DNA of 64,000 bases from Terriglobia bacterium (GTDB lineage Bacteria > Acidobacteriota > Terriglobia > JAIQFV01). Positions 56,441 to 64,000 of the stretch are shown here, piece by piece. The stretch lies in NCBI GenBank assembly GCA_020073085.1, contig JAIQFV010000009.1:60162-124161 (forward strand), read 5' to 3'. The position numbers were made by a program, and so were the translations under genes. Position 1 is the stretch's first letter. The number at the start of each line of letters is the position of its first letter. The notes under the pieces were generated by a model. The model had not been told where the DNA came from and did not search any database. It saw only the letters and a program-made list of their open reading frames with translations.

Positions 56441-57421
56441 ATGAAACAAAGTACTCGCTGGTATTCAATCTTTGTTGTGACGCTACTGCTCCTCGCCGTG
56501 GCTCCTTTGCTGGCCCGAGACAGTGCCGAAGGTTCATTCAACCGCACTTTGAAGGTCGAGGGGCCAGTGGACCTCACTGTGGAGACCGGTTCGGGCCACA
56601 TCAATATTCGGGCCGGGGGCGGGACCGCCGTCGTAGTTACCGGCACAATCAAGGCGCAGGACTCGGCTGGAAGCCGCGCCGAGGAGCGGGTTCGGCAATT
56701 GGAATCGAATCCCCCCATCGAACAGACCGGAAATATCATCCACATCGGCCGCATCACGGACCACGACTTGCGGCAGAACATCTCCATTAGCTACGAGGTG
56801 GTGGTTCCGGCTGACACCCGCGTCCATGCCTCCACGGGTTCCGGCAGTCAGACCATCGAAGGAATCCGCGGACCCTTAAGTGTAAGCTCGGGTTCGGGCA
56901 GCCTCAAGATCCTGAATATCGGAGGCGAGGTGCGGGCAGAAGCGGGTTCTGGAAGTATCGGACTGGATGCGATCAAGGGCAGCGTCCATGCCCGTGCCGG
57001 CAGCGGCTCAATTCACGCCTCGGACATTGCAGGCGGATTCACGGCAAACACCGGCAGTGGGAGCGTGGTCGTCAGTTTGAGCGCCATAGGCGATGTAAAT
57101 GTGGAAACAGGCTCCGGCAGTGTGGAGGTCAATGGAATTCGCGGCTTGCTGGGGGCACGCACCGGCAGCGGGCGGATCCGGGTTGAGGGGGCCCCCACGG
57201 GAAACTGGAAGTTGCATACCGGGTCCGGAGGCATCGACGTGAAGCTGCCTCCGGACGCGGCGTTTGATCTGTACGCCCATACCGGCTCGGGCCGTGTTAC
57301 TACCAGCCACCCCATCACCGTCCAGGGTACCCTTCGCCCCAGCGAGATCCAGGGCAAGGTGCGCGGGGGAGGCTTTCTGCTGGATGTTCACACTGGCTCA
57401 GGCAACATTCAGATCAATTGA
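56441..57421 (+). CDS. DUF4097-like beta-helical repeat protein (GSGS repeat variant), secreted
   Basis: It has a signal peptide and ten or more repeats of the x-GSGS-φ-x-φ type (ETGSGHINIRAGG, STGSGSQTIEG, SSGSGSLKILN, EAGSGSIGLDA ...). Confidence 0.65.
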   Translation: MKQSTRWYSIFVVTLLLLAVAPLLARDSAEGSFNRTLKVEGPVDLTVETGSGHINIRAGGGTAVVVTGTIKAQDSAGSRAEERVRQLESNPPIEQTGNIIHIGRITDHDLRQNISISYEVVVPADTRVHASTGSGSQTIEGIRGPLSVSSGSGSLKILNIGGEVRAEAGSGSIGLDAIKGSVHARAGSGSIHASDIAGGFTANTGSGSVVVSLSAIGDVNVETGSGSVEVNGIRGLLGARTGSGRIRVEGAPTGNWKLHTGSGGIDVKLPPDAAFDLYAHTGSGRVTTSHPITVQGTLRPSEIQGKVRGGGFLLDVHTGSGNIQIN

Positions 57422-57443
57422 CCCCACCCACAGCGGTTTTCAG

Positions 57444-57475
57444 GCAGGGCGATCCACCGTGACCGATCGCCCTGC
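57444..57475 (+). terminator. Stem-loop terminator candidate
   Basis: A perfect 11-bp stem (gcagggcgatc / gatcgccctgc) with a 10-nt loop. The U-rich run is distal. It shares the 17-mer caggcagggcgatccac with the 33551 hairpin. Confidence 0.3.
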
Positions 57476-57571
57476 AAGCGGCACCTCCCCTGACCCCCTT
57501 CTTTTCCATTGAAAACAAAAACTTTCTTCCTTGAAGTTCGTACTATAATCTTGAGTGCGCGACCATTCACA

Positions 57572-58942
57572 ATGAAAACTCCCGACTCAGCCACGCCTCG
57601 CATCCTTATTGCAGACGACCAGCCCGATGTGCGTGAAGCGCTTCGTCTCATGCTCAAGGGTGAGGAATATGCAATTGAAGCGGTTCCTTCACCGGAGCGG
57701 GTTCTCGCCGCTCTGGAAGAACAGGATTTCGATGTCCTATTGATGGATCTCAATTACACGCGCGACACCACTTCAGGAGAGGAGGGCCTCGAGTTGTTGT
57801 CGCAAGTCCAGAAACTGGACAGCATGCTCCCGGTGGTCGTGATGACGGCGTGGGGAAGTGTTGAGTTGGCCGTGCAGGCAATGCGACGGGGGGCGCGGGA
57901 CTTTATTCAGAAGCCTTGGGAGAATGCCCGCCTGCTAACGATTCTACGAACGCAGATCGAGTTGGGTCAGGCGCTTCGCCGAGAGCAGCGGCTGGAAGCA
58001 GAGAACCGTCTCCTGCGGGCCCAGGGCAGCCCCACCTTAATCGCTAAGTCCGCAGTCATGCAGCCCATCCTCCAGCTTATTGCGCGGGTGGGTCCCTCGG
58101 ACGCCAATGTGCTTATTACCGGTGAGCACGGGACGGGAAAGGAGGTCATCGCCCGAACACTGCATGCCCTCTCCCCCCGCGCCTCCACCCCAATGGTCAT
58201 CGTCAACGCAGGTGGACTCTCCGAAGGAGTGTTTGAGAGTGAACTCTTCGGCCATGTCAAAGGGGCCTTCACGGATGCCAAAATGGACCGGGTCGGCCGC
58301 TTTGAGTTGGCGGACAAAGGGACCCTCTTTCTGGATGAGATTGCCAATGTCCCTCTCAACCAGCAGGCGAAACTTTTGCGCGTGCTGGAAACCGGCGAAA
58401 TGGAGCGGGTGGGATCTTCGAAGACCCGTCGTGTGGATGTCCGTCTCATTTCGGCGACGAATGCAGATATCGTCGCGGAGGTTTCCTCAGGCCGATTTCG
58501 TGAAGACTTGCTCTTCCGATTGAATACGGTCGAGATCCATCTCCCACCTCTCCGGGAGCGCCGCGAGGACATTCCTTTGTTAGCCATGCATTTTCTCCGG
58601 CAGTATTCCGAGCGTTACCGCAAGACCGTCAATGGTTTTGATGGAGCAGCCCTGCAAGTCATCAAGGACCACCCTTGGCCGGGAAATGTGAGGGAGATGG
58701 ATCATGCGGTGGAACGGTCAGTGCTGCTCGCCCAGGGAAATCTGGTCAAAGCGAGTGATCTGGGCCTCCGCCAAATCCGCGAAAGCACCTCTCGCCTGGA
58801 GGAAATGAGTTTGGAAGAAGTGGAGTGTCTGCTGATCCGGAAGGCCCTGAGCCGATTCGACGGGAACGTGAGTCAGGCCGCACAGGCATTGGGTTTGAGC
58901 CGGAGCGGATTGTACCGGAGACTCCAGAAGTATGGATTGTGA
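57572..58942 (+). CDS. NtrC-family response regulator (receiver, sigma-54-interaction AAA+ and Fis-type HTH domains) with a variant GAFTDA motif
   Basis: The receiver is about 70% identical to that of the 18366 protein. The AAA+ Walker A reads GEHGTGKEVIAR. ESELFGHVKGAFTDA replaces the canonical GAFTGA. The C-terminal HTH reads SQAAQALGLSRSGLYRRL. Confidence 0.8.
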   Translation: MKTPDSATPRILIADDQPDVREALRLMLKGEEYAIEAVPSPERVLAALEEQDFDVLLMDLNYTRDTTSGEEGLELLSQVQKLDSMLPVVVMTAWGSVELAVQAMRRGARDFIQKPWENARLLTILRTQIELGQALRREQRLEAENRLLRAQGSPTLIAKSAVMQPILQLIARVGPSDANVLITGEHGTGKEVIARTLHALSPRASTPMVIVNAGGLSEGVFESELFGHVKGAFTDAKMDRVGRFELADKGTLFLDEIANVPLNQQAKLLRVLETGEMERVGSSKTRRVDVRLISATNADIVAEVSSGRFREDLLFRLNTVEIHLPPLRERREDIPLLAMHFLRQYSERYRKTVNGFDGAALQVIKDHPWPGNVREMDHAVERSVLLAQGNLVKASDLGLRQIRESTSRLEEMSLEEVECLLIRKALSRFDGNVSQAAQALGLSRSGLYRRLQKYGL

Positions 58943-59094
58943 AGAGAGGAGTTGTCGGTTGCCAGTTCCCAGTTTCCAGTGAACACGGATTCCTCGGATG
59001 GTCTTTTATTGCAGGCCCGGGCACGGCTATTTCGCAAATGCCCTCGATCGGCATGGGTATCCGAATCTGGTGAAAATCGAAAGTCCGGTGTCAT
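58873..59094 (-). CDS. Candidate micro-ORF, family B (MTPDFRFSPDSDTHADRGHLRNSRARACNKRPSEE...); its 3' end is uncertain
   Basis: The first roughly 35 codons are conserved in frame with the 54301-54435 ORF. The listed ORF runs on into the 3' end of the regulator gene, which is probably not real coding sequence. Confidence 0.3.
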   Translation of the reverse strand: MTPDFRFSPDSDTHADRGHLRNSRARACNKRPSEESVFTGNWELATDNSSLHNPYFWSLRYNPLRLKPNACAA

Positions 59095-59135
59095 CCACTG
59101 GCAACTGGGAACTGGCAACTGAGAACTGACAACTC
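58950..59135. repeat. Heptad-armed palindromic element, Q class, carrying a family-B micro-ORF
   Basis: The arms are gttgtcggttgccagttcccagtttccagtg ... ctggcaactgggaactggcaactgagaactgacaactc. The core is about 75% identical to the 54320-54440 core. Confidence 0.6.
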
Positions 59136-59172
59136 TTTTCTGAAAGCTGATAGCTGCTTTTCAGGTACCTCC

Positions 59173-60513
59173 ATGAGTTCACCCCCACGATTCCGCGATC
59201 GATTCCGATTGAGCCTGGAACAGCGCCTCTTCGTCATGGCGTTGATGGCCGGATTCCCGGCGGCCCTGGTCTCGCTCATCCTCCTCTGGAAGGGAGATTA
59301 CACCTCGAAGGTCCAATGGACTCTGATGGTGGTAATCCTCGGATTCTGGTGGGGCTTCGCCTATGCGCTCCGGGGGCGTGTTGTCATTCCATTGCAGACT
59401 CTTTCAAATTTACTGGCAGCCCTGCGTGAAGGAGATTACTCCATTCGGGCGCGCAGCTCGAAGCACGAGGACAGCCTGGGAGAAGTCATCCTGGAAGTAA
59501 ATTCTCTCGGTGAAACCTTGCGAGAGCAACGTCTCGGGGCTTTGGAGGCCACCACGCTGCTTCGAACCGTGATGGCGGAAATCGACGTCTCCATTTTTGC
59601 TTTTGACGAAAGGCAGAGACTGAAGTTGGTGAACCGGGCGGGAGAGCGGCTTCTGGCACAGCCGGCGGAAAGACTCCTGGATCGTACGGCCGAGGAGTTG
59701 GGACTGGCCGACTGCCTCCAGGGCGAGGACATTCAAACGCTTCAAAAGTCGTTCCCGGGTGGCGAAGGCCGATGGGGAGTCCGTCGTAACGCCATCCGTG
59801 AGAAAGGGCTGCCCAATCACCTGCTGGTGATTTCGGATTTAAGCCGTGCCTTGCGCGAGGAAGAGCGGCAGGCGTGGCAACGCCTTGTGCGGGTCCTGGG
59901 TCATGAACTGAATAACTCCCTGGCGCCCATTAAGTCAATGGCTGGAACGCTTGAGAATCTGATCCTTCGGGATCCACTCCCGCAGGACTGGCAGGAAGAC
60001 ACACGGAGAGGCCTCAGCGTGATCGGCTCGCGAGCCGAGGCGTTGAGCCGCTTCATGGGAAGCTATGCCCGTCTGGCCCGGCTTCCTCCACCGAAGTTTC
60101 AGCCGGTGGAGGTAGGCCCCTGGATACGAAGGGTCGTCGGGCTGGAAACCCGCCTCAATGTCACCCTTCAACCCGGGCCCGAATTGACCATCCAGGCTGA
60201 CAGCGATCAACTGGAGCAGTTGATGATCAATCTCGTCCGGAATGCCGTTGACGCATCCCTGGAAACAGGGGGAGGAGTCCAGGCGGGCTGGAAGAAGAAG
60301 GGGAATTACATCGAGGTGTGGGTCGTCGATGAAGGCCCTGGCCTCTCGAATACGGCGAATCTGTTCGTCCCCTTCTTTACAACCAAGCCCGGAGGTTCAG
60401 GAATCGGACTGGTTTTGAGCCGTCAGATCGCTGAGGCTCACGACGGCAGCCTTACTCTCCGGAACCGCCCCGCGAGTCGTGGTTGCGAGGCTCGGCTTCT
60501 TTTGCCACGATGA
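59173..60513 (+). CDS. Membrane sensor histidine kinase (HisKA + HATPase_c), the likely partner of the NtrC-family regulator
   Basis: It has two N-terminal TM helices. The H-box reads VLGHELNNSLAPIKS. The N-box reads LEQLMINLVRNAVDA. The G-boxes are DEGPGL and GGSGIGL. Confidence 0.8.
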   Translation: MSSPPRFRDRFRLSLEQRLFVMALMAGFPAALVSLILLWKGDYTSKVQWTLMVVILGFWWGFAYALRGRVVIPLQTLSNLLAALREGDYSIRARSSKHEDSLGEVILEVNSLGETLREQRLGALEATTLLRTVMAEIDVSIFAFDERQRLKLVNRAGERLLAQPAERLLDRTAEELGLADCLQGEDIQTLQKSFPGGEGRWGVRRNAIREKGLPNHLLVISDLSRALREEERQAWQRLVRVLGHELNNSLAPIKSMAGTLENLILRDPLPQDWQEDTRRGLSVIGSRAEALSRFMGSYARLARLPPPKFQPVEVGPWIRRVVGLETRLNVTLQPGPELTIQADSDQLEQLMINLVRNAVDASLETGGGVQAGWKKKGNYIEVWVVDEGPGLSNTANLFVPFFTTKPGGSGIGLVLSRQIAEAHDGSLTLRNRPASRGCEARLLLPR

Positions 60514-60559
60514 TGTCCATAGTACGTTATAATGGCTCGACTAATCATGGAGGTTCAGG

Positions 60560-61285
60560 ATGAAAAAGGCCCTGGTGGCTGGTGTTGTGTTGTGTCTGGG
60601 AATTGCCGTGGCTGTGCCGGCTGTGGCGAAAGAAGGTGAAAAGGAAGAGGATCGACTGGAGGAATGCGGTCAGGTGTTGAAGGAGGTTTTAGATGTCCCT
60701 GAGGATATCCCCCAGGATCTTCTCGACAAGGCGGAATGCGTGGTGATTGTCCCTTCCACCAAGAAGTTGGCAATTGGAATTGGCGGCAGCTACGGTCGCG
60801 GGGCCATGTCATGCCGCACCGGATCGAATTTCACGGGCCCTTGGAGTCCGCCGGCCCTCTATGCGTTGGAGGGTGGGAGCATCGGCTTCCAGCTGGGCGG
60901 GCAGGAAACTGACTTTGTACTGCTGATCATGAACCCTCGCGGCGTGTCGTCCCTTTTGAGAAGCAAGGTGAAAATCGGCGCGGACGCCTCTGCAGCGGCA
61001 GGTCCAAAAGGACGCAACGCGACCGCCGATACCGACGTCGCCCTGCGTGCGGAAATTCTGACGTATTCGCGTTCACGCGGCCTGTTCGCGGGTATCTCAC
61101 TCGCGGGCTCCACATTGAGGCAGGATAGCACCGCCAACCTCCGGGTCTATCAAAAAGACGTCAGCGCGCGGGACATCGTTCGCAAGGGAGTCGTCAAGAC
61201 GCCTCAGGCCGGGCAATTGATGGTCGATGTGTTGAACAAGCGCTCTCCCAAGAACCTATCTGACCCGAATTCGCTCAAAGAATAA
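60560..61285 (+). CDS. Lipid-binding SYLF (Ysc84/DUF500) domain protein, secreted
   Basis: It has a signal peptide and contains AECVVIVPSTKKLAIGIGGSYGRGAMSCR...GGSIGFQLGGQETDFVLLIMN...VKIGADASAAAGPKGR. A GGAGG SD precedes the start. Confidence 0.75.
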   Translation: MKKALVAGVVLCLGIAVAVPAVAKEGEKEEDRLEECGQVLKEVLDVPEDIPQDLLDKAECVVIVPSTKKLAIGIGGSYGRGAMSCRTGSNFTGPWSPPALYALEGGSIGFQLGGQETDFVLLIMNPRGVSSLLRSKVKIGADASAAAGPKGRNATADTDVALRAEILTYSRSRGLFAGISLAGSTLRQDSTANLRVYQKDVSARDIVRKGVVKTPQAGQLMVDVLNKRSPKNLSDPNSLKE

Positions 61286-61505
61286 TGGCGGGATAAGTGT
61301 TCCAGAGGGGAAGGCGTAATCCCGGGCGTGAAAAGTTATCAGGCCGGATTAACCTTCCTTTTTTGGAGATCCGGGGCGCTGCTTCGACGCGTTGCTTCAT
61401 GGCCGATGCCACAGGAAGACCCTGATCCCGATCGGAGATGTTTTACTGAACCTTTCTGGTTCCCCATCGTAGTATTAGAGGTACATAACGGGAGAGGGTG
61501 AACTT

Positions 61506-61706
61506 ATGATCAAGTTCTTGCTCTGGTGCATTCTGCTGGTGCTGTGCTGGCCCCTTGCCCTACTTGCCTTGATTCTGTATCCCTTGGTGTGGCTGTTGCT
61601 GCTTCCCTTCCGGCTTCTGGGCATCGCTGTCGAAGGGGTCCTCGATTTGATTTGGGCCCTATTTACATTTCCCGCACGGGTCCTGGGTGGCTCTCCCCAC
61701 CGGTAG
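61506..61706 (+). CDS. Small hydrophobic membrane protein (66 aa)
   Basis: Two predicted TM helices (MIKFLLWCILLVLCWPLALLALILYPLVWLLLLPF...). A GGGAGAGGG SD lies 7 nt upstream. Confidence 0.45.
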   Translation: MIKFLLWCILLVLCWPLALLALILYPLVWLLLLPFRLLGIAVEGVLDLIWALFTFPARVLGGSPHR

Positions 61707-62114
61707 CCTGTCCTCTTATCCAAACGTCGCCTGGTATTGAGGGTGACGTTTATCCTGCCATCAATTTTCGCCGACAAATCAAATTCAATTCACGGGGTCA
61801 AGAGTCAAAACTCACCACCGGAAGGTAGTGGATCGTTCAGATCCTGCCTACCCACCGACGCATCCTGAACTGAGAATCCCCCCAGCAGGAGCTGGTGGAT
61901 TGTTCAGGTCCTGTCTCCCGTCAAGGTAAGACTTGAACCATCCCCTCCGCCCGGGCGGACCGTCGGGGGGATTCGAATATGAATAGGGAAGTGCTGGGTA
62001 GGTCGAACCTGAAGGATCCCCCAACTCCCGTTAGGGGAATTGACTTAACGTGAGCTGCTCCCACCCTGTCGTCAGAACCTTACGGTATCCGCTTAACCGA
62101 TGTGGGGGGGTGGC

Positions 62115-62531
62115 TCAATCCCCCATCACCTGCACAACGATGTTGCGCTGCCTTCTTCGATTGTCAAAATCGATGAAAACCACTTGCTGCCAGGTTCCCA
62201 ACGCGAGACTCCCTTGGCTCAACGGAATTGAAAGCGAAGGCTTCATCAGGGCCGCCCTGACATGGGAAAAACCGTTGTCGTCGCCCCATCGTTTGTTGTG
62301 GTCATAGGGAATATCGGAAGGGACGATCCGCTCCAGGGCACGCTTTAAGTCCTCCAGGACCCCCGATTCGAATTCAATGGTAGTGATGGAACCCGTGGAG
62401 CCAGGGCAAAAGACCGTGACCAGCCCCTCTTTCATCGCCGACCGGTTCACAATCGCGACCACCTGGCCGGTGATATCCAGGATATCGTTAAGTCCTTTGG
62501 TATTCAGCGAAAGAGTCTCGGAGTAGATCAT
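62115..62531 (-). CDS. YjbQ/UPF0047-family protein (secondary thiamine-phosphate synthase-like)
   Basis: The start is taken as [24 protein letters not shown]...[24 protein letters not shown]...[14 protein letters not shown], about 138 aa as is typical. The longer upstream frame to 62804 has an Arg/Pro-rich low-complexity N-terminus and is probably not translated. The 4-bp ATGA overlap with the upstream gene stop suggests an operon. Confidence 0.7.
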   Translation of the reverse strand: MIYSETLSLNTKGLNDILDITGQVVAIVNRSAMKEGLVTVFCPGSTGSITTIEFESGVLEDLKRALERIVPSDIPYDHNKRWGDDNGFSHVRAALMKPSLSIPLSQGSLALGTWQQVVFIDFDNRRRQRNIVVQVMGD

Positions 62532-64000
62532 AGGGATTCCATGGAGGAGACTGACGTAAACTGGCGCGGGCCTCCCGATCGTCGGATCCCGAGCTTTTGC
62601 ATGCGGGAGTTCAGGGTCGTCCGGTTGATCCCCAGGCGTCGAGCGGCTCCGTGGGGCCCGCCGATCACTCCACCGGTCTCCTCCAGGGTACGGAGAATGT
62701 GCTCGCGTTCGAAATCCTCCAGTGTTCTCGCCTTCGTGGGTACCCCCTCGGCAATGGACAGGGCCGTGGCGACATGCTTCAATTCCAGGGTATCCCCCTC
62801 GCACAAGATCACTCCCCGTTCAATGACGTTTTCCAACTCGCGGATATTTCCTGGCCAAGGATATTGCTGGAGGGCCTCGATGGCTTTCGCCGAGATCTTT
62901 GTGATGTCTTTGTTGAATCTCAACGAGTGCCGATGTACAAAGTAGTGAACCAGGGGAACGATGTCATCCCGGCGATCTCTGAGGGGCGGCAGGTGCAGCG
63001 GAAAGATGTTCAAACGGTAGTACAGGTCCTGGCGGAATTCGCCGCTTTGAACCATGGCCGTCAAATCCCGGTTTGTGGCCGCGACGATGCGTACATCCAC
63101 CTTGAGGGTCTTTATGCCCCCGACGCGTTCGAACTCGTGCTCCTGCAAAACTCGCAGCAGCTTGGACTGAACGTCCTTGGGAACTTCCCCGATCTCATCC
63201 AGAAAAATTGACCCCCCGTCCGCTAACTCGAAGCGGCCATTCTTGCGGGTGATGGCGCCCGTAAAGGCCCCTTTCTCATGTCCGAACAGCTCGCTCTCGA
63301 TCAATCCCATCGGGATGGCGGCGCAATTGACCCGCACAAAGGCACGCTCCTTCCGCGGGCTGAGGTCATGGATCGCCCGCGCAATGAGTTCCTTGCCGGT
63401 TCCCGTTTCCCCTGTGATCAGGACGGTGGAATCCGTCTTCGCGACGCGTTCGACGCCGCGGAGGATCTTGCGAAGCTGGCGGCTTTGCCCCACAATTTCT
63501 TCAAAATTCTGCTCCGTCTTGATCTCCTCCTGCAAATATACATTTTCCTCTTTGAGCTGATTCTTCAACCGCGTGATTTCCTCGTAAGCCAACACGTTGC
63601 GGAGGGCGACGGCGACCTGCTTGGCCACCTGCCTTAAGAAGCCCCGATCCGTATTGTCAAAATGGTGGGCCTCCCGACTGGCAAGATTGAATCCCCCGAG
63701 TAGTTTTTCCTGGACAATCAGCGGGACAATGAGAACGGAGAGAAACCCTTCCTTCAAATAGATGTCCGTAAACCACTTGAATCGTGGGCCGGTCCGCAGG
63801 TCACTGATCAGGACAATGTCCTTGTGCTGCATCAGGTATTGACCCAGGGTATCATCTTCTAAAGGGAATTCCAGTTGAGGTTCAAACACATTGAAGTCAT
63901 CCGCCTCGGTAGGCGGGTGGTGGACTCCCCCCAACTGGATGTGCCTGGGCTCGTCAGCGGAAAGCACCACAAACAACCGGACCACTTGTTTGGCCTCCTC
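62528..64000 (-). CDS. Sigma-54-dependent Fis-family transcriptional activator (GAF, AAA+ and HTH domains). The N-terminus runs off the window edge.
   Basis: Contains [17 protein letters not shown], the canonical [18 protein letters not shown] and a C-terminal HTH ([25 protein letters not shown]). The upstream GAF-like region has no stop before position 64000. Confidence 0.8.
   Translation of the reverse strand, partial: EEAKQVVRLFVVLSADEPRHIQLGGVHHPPTEADDFNVFEPQLEFPLEDDTLGQYLMQHKDIVLISDLRTGPRFKWFTDIYLKEGFLSVLIVPLIVQEKLLGGFNLASREAHHFDNTDRGFLRQVAKQVAVALRNVLAYEEITRLKNQLKEENVYLQEEIKTEQNFEEIVGQSRQLRKILRGVERVAKTDSTVLITGETGTGKELIARAIHDLSPRKERAFVRVNCAAIPMGLIESELFGHEKGAFTGAITRKNGRFELADGGSIFLDEIGEVPKDVQSKLLRVLQEHEFERVGGIKTLKVDVRIVAATNRDLTAMVQSGEFRQDLYYRLNIFPLHLPPLRDRRDDIVPLVHYFVHRHSLRFNKDITKISAKAIEALQQYPWPGNIRELENVIERGVILCEGDTLELKHVATALSIAEGVPTKARTLEDFEREHILRTLEETGGVIGGPHGAARRLGINRTTLNSRMQKLGIRRSGGPRQFTSVSSMESL

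Noticed and set aside
60502-60533. Sigma-70 promoter upstream of the SYLF gene (TTGCCA ... TATAAT)
   Set aside because: The TATAAT at 60528-60533 is convincing. The only -35-like hexamer is 20 nt away, which is too far. It is left as an unconfirmed -10-only candidate.
61921-61990. A tRNA gene suggested by ggttcaagtc / ttcgaat-like strings
   Set aside because: No acceptor stem or T-arm pairing could be built on either strand. No anticodon stem-loop was found.
62532-62804. N-terminal 91-aa extension of the YjbQ ORF
   Set aside because: It is an Arg/Pro/Gly-rich low-complexity sequence overlapping the 3' end of the upstream activator gene. The YjbQ family is about 138 aa, which matches the internal Met start at 62531.

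Overview
This is a high-GC (about 60%) chromosomal segment with Acidobacteria-like gene content. It is dominated by a paralogous family of roughly 800-850 aa duplicated-FtsX ABC permeases of the MacB type, the 'acidobacterial duplicated orphan permease' (ADOP) family. The window holds eight intact ADOP copies, one N-terminal fragment and one decayed pseudogene. Also present are a MacA-like periplasmic adaptor and three stand-alone MacB-type ATPases. There are two ECF sigma / zf-HC2 anti-sigma modules, one followed by two HEAT-repeat proteins and one by two DUF4097 proteins, plus two further DUF4097 genes. There are two paralogous receiver-domain regulators, one with a PP2C output and one NtrC-like, a membrane histidine kinase, and a second sigma-54 activator at the window edge. 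A 3-kb low-GC island carries an HTH/Panacea(DUF4065) antitoxin with a RelE-like toxin, a frameshifted DUF433 gene and a 232-bp palindromic element, all next to a 92-bp tandem repeat array. The remaining genes are metabolic or housekeeping: qor, a SAM methyltransferase, a GT4-cupin fusion, hydrolases, a HIT protein, a PaaI thioesterase, a metallophosphoesterase, YjbQ, a SYLF-domain protein and a DoxX protein. The most unusual signal is non-genic. Almost every ADOP, ABC or DUF4097 gene is bracketed by long imperfect palindromes whose arms are tandem 7-mers (GGTGTCA, CAGTTGC, CAGCTAT or GGATTGC classes). Several palindrome cores hold a micro-ORF of 20 to 44 codons that is conserved at the peptide level and occurs in both orientations. 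The two families of micro-ORFs are MIRVKH(I/V)KR..E.F(I/V)-like and MT.D.RFS...D.H..RG.LRNS-like. No tRNA, rRNA or CRISPR was found.
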